From Eledone cirrhosa (Eukaryota): 64,000 nt of DNA. Shown piece after piece: positions 61,318-64,000 of the stretch. The notes below the pieces were generated by a model that was not told where the DNA came from, searched no databases, and was given only the letters and a program-made list of their open reading frames with translations. The stretch is taken from contig OZ024752.1 of assembly GCA_964016885.1 (NCBI GenBank), forward strand, positions 25,420,001-25,484,000, given 5' to 3'. The position numbers and the translations under genes are program-made. Every line of letters starts with the position of its first letter. The stretch's first letter is position 1.

Positions 61318-61520
61318 AGTGAGGTTTCTTTTTACAAAATGAAAAATAACCGGTGTCCTACACGAGTGAAAGTATAAAGAAAAAGAGATGAAATCGAAAA
61401 TGCAACTGCAGTCTTATTTTTTAAAAATATATATATATTTATTTGGTTCCTTTACCGGTTTCGGAGTTCTGCTTTTCAAAAGGTGAGTTGAGATGGAGGG
61501 GCTGTGGTTTTTCTCACATC
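61318..61520 (-). mobile_element. Family H 3' end with U3-A8 HHR (61449-61483, stem II decayed)
   Basis: cctt-TTGAAAA-gcagaactcc-GAAA-ccgg-TA-aagg. Confidence 0.8.
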
Positions 61521-61592
<72 letters not shown>

Positions 61593-61615
61593 CATATATA
61601 CATATATATATATAT

Positions 61616-61894
<279 letters not shown>

Positions 61895-61904
61895 TAGATA
61901 GATA

Positions 61905-62563
61905 ATTTAATATATCTACTAACATAAGCTCACAGATGTACGCTAATGCCAGCAAATACACAGGTTATGTCATAGTACCCAGGTGGTTCAATGCAGGAGG
62001 ATGCAGAACAATAATATAGAAGACGTAAAATAAGAACATTTTTTAAAATAATTTAAAAAAAATTAACTTACTTACTTAAATTTTCACTCCAACTAATTAG
62101 TTTCTGCAATGGGATAAAGACAGTTACGTAATGAACTGTTGAGAATTTCATTGCGTCATCAGGGAGATCTATTCTCAGCCAAGTCTCCAGGCAATGCGCG
62201 GACACTGGGGACTCATATAAAAATAATAATAATTCGGTAAATGGAACAGCTATCGAGGAGCCACTGGTCATATGGCCGATTCTAAAGAATCAATCACGTG
62301 ACACAGAGGCTAGTCAGTAGGAATGGGATGGTAAGATCCAGCTGTTCCATTTACCGAATTATTATTATTTTTATATGAGTCCCCAGTGTCAGCGCATTGC
62401 CTGGAGACTTGGCTGAGAATAGATCTCCCTGATGACGCAATGAAATTCTCAACAGTTCATTACGTAACTGTCTTTATCCCATTGCAGAAACTAATTAGTT
62501 GGAGTGAAAATTTAAGTAAGTAAGTTAATTTTTTTTAAATTATTTTAATTTTCTTATTTTACG

Positions 62564-62570
<7 letters not shown>
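61905..62570. mobile_element. Family G fold-back; HHRs 62087-62166 (-) and 62425-62504 (+)
   Basis: 62020-62250 is the reverse complement of 62338-62570; ctcc CTGATGA c gcaatg..cattgc a GAAA ctaattag TT ggag. Confidence 0.85.
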
Positions 62571-62610
<40 letters not shown>

Positions 62611-62611
<1 letters not shown>

Positions 62612-63306
62612 GATATTAATAAATGGAAACTATATTTATAAAACCATATTTATTTCATTATACATATTTCAGGGATACCAAATTAAATTATGGTATGCCT
62701 TCATCAGACAAAATACAATATATAACAGTTTTACAAATAAGCTTTGACGTACCCTATTAAAATGCAACCATTGTTTTTGGAAGTCATCTGGATAGTGAAT
62801 TGTTTATATAACTTTAATAAGTCATAGCGTTAAGGACAATTAGAGAAAGACGGAGAGAAAGAAAAAGACGGAGAGAAAGAAAAAGACGGAGAGAAAGAAA
62901 AAACGTGGAGAAATATCGGAGAGAGAGATGCATGGAGAAAAAAAGAAAGAGATAAGTAAAGACAGGAGGAAAGGAAGAAAAAAGGAAGAAATAAGAAAAA
63001 CAGAGGAAAGCAACAGAGAGATATTAGGTCAACAGACAGATAGAAAAACTCAAGAGAGAGAAATGTTATATAGAGAGAGAGGGAGATTATGAAAACTTTA
63101 CGTCATGTCATGTTAACCTGAGTTAACAATTCATATGAAATGAATAATAAAAATATAAATATTAATGTTCATGAATGGGATATAGATATATAATGAGAAA
63201 TTAAACATTGTTTAATAATGACTATATGTTTAGTTTAAACCTTGAGATCAATATACCAAAATTTGGGTTTAATCTCCAAAATGTACACATTGGTAGAGAA
63301 AGACAC

Positions 63307-63349
<43 letters not shown>

Positions 63350-64000
63350 AAAGTTTTATTTAAAATTGTTGGGTTACAACGAGTAAATATTTTATAACTG
63401 ATATAAAGCACTCAACAAGTTTTGGAGTAGATATACGATATTAAACAAATGGAAACTATATTTATAAAACCATATTTATTTCATTATACATATTTCAGGG
63501 ATACCATATAAAAAATATGGCATGCCTTCTTCAGATAAAATACAATATATAAGCAGTTTTATAAATAAATTTGACGTACCATAAAATATTGATCAACTTC
63601 CATTTAAAAAAGTTGGTTTGGTAGTGAAATGTTTGTAAATATTTAGTGTTAAGCATAGTTATAAAAGAAAGACGTAGAGAAGGAATAAATGTATGTAAAG
63701 AAAAACAGAGAGAGATAGAGAGAGATATGGGAGAGAGAAATAGTGAGGAGGTGAAAAATGAGAGGCAGCTGAGGTAACAGATGAATAATAATAATCATCA
63801 TACAAATTGAGAGATTTAGGAGGAAGGGAGTACTGTAATTATTTATTTATTTATTTAGTTATAGTGTTAAGGAGACGGAGATAAATAAAAAATAACTAAA
63901 GAAGAAAGCTATATCTAGAGAGAAGGATGACAGATTTACAACTTTACGTTATGTCCCATCATTTTGAATTATCAATTCATATGAATTGGGTATTATACTG
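62611..64000 (-). mobile_element. Two diverged ~826-bp tandem units, each with an HHR (62651-62715, 63477-63542), family M
   Basis: tatttt(g/a)t-CTGA(T/A)GA-aggcat(a/g)cca..tggtatccct-GAAA-tatgta-TA-atgaaata. Confidence 0.78.

Overview
Eukaryotic, gene-free, extremely AT-rich repeat nest. The SINE and RTE types suggest a cephalopod/octopus host (inference). Roughly half of the window is (TA)n/(CA)n/(TACA)n microsatellite, which accounts for nearly all the YI/CV/HT-repeat ORFs. The unique islands between the microsatellites are almost all transposon pieces: several Penelope-like retroelement (PLE) families with RT and/or GIY-YIG remnants, one intact RTE LINE (29043-32159, minus), one near-intact CR1-like LINE (55421-60367), an internally deleted Helitron, and two tRNA-derived SINEs. 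By eye I read about 34 type-I hammerhead ribozyme (HHR) motifs from about 13 sequence families, most in PLE 3' ends. They include a U3-A8 core variant in three families, HHRs with very long stem II (one family with three-way covariation), and a 487-bp retrozyme-like monomer. The PLEs sit in (TA)n, carry kilobases of microsatellite in their own 3' UTRs that receive further insertions, and repeatedly form fold-backs whose breakpoints often lie at the ribozyme. The CR1-like element appears to need a -1 frameshift at UUUUUUA to make ORF2. Family letters (A-N) are my own labels; folds were read manually and not computed.
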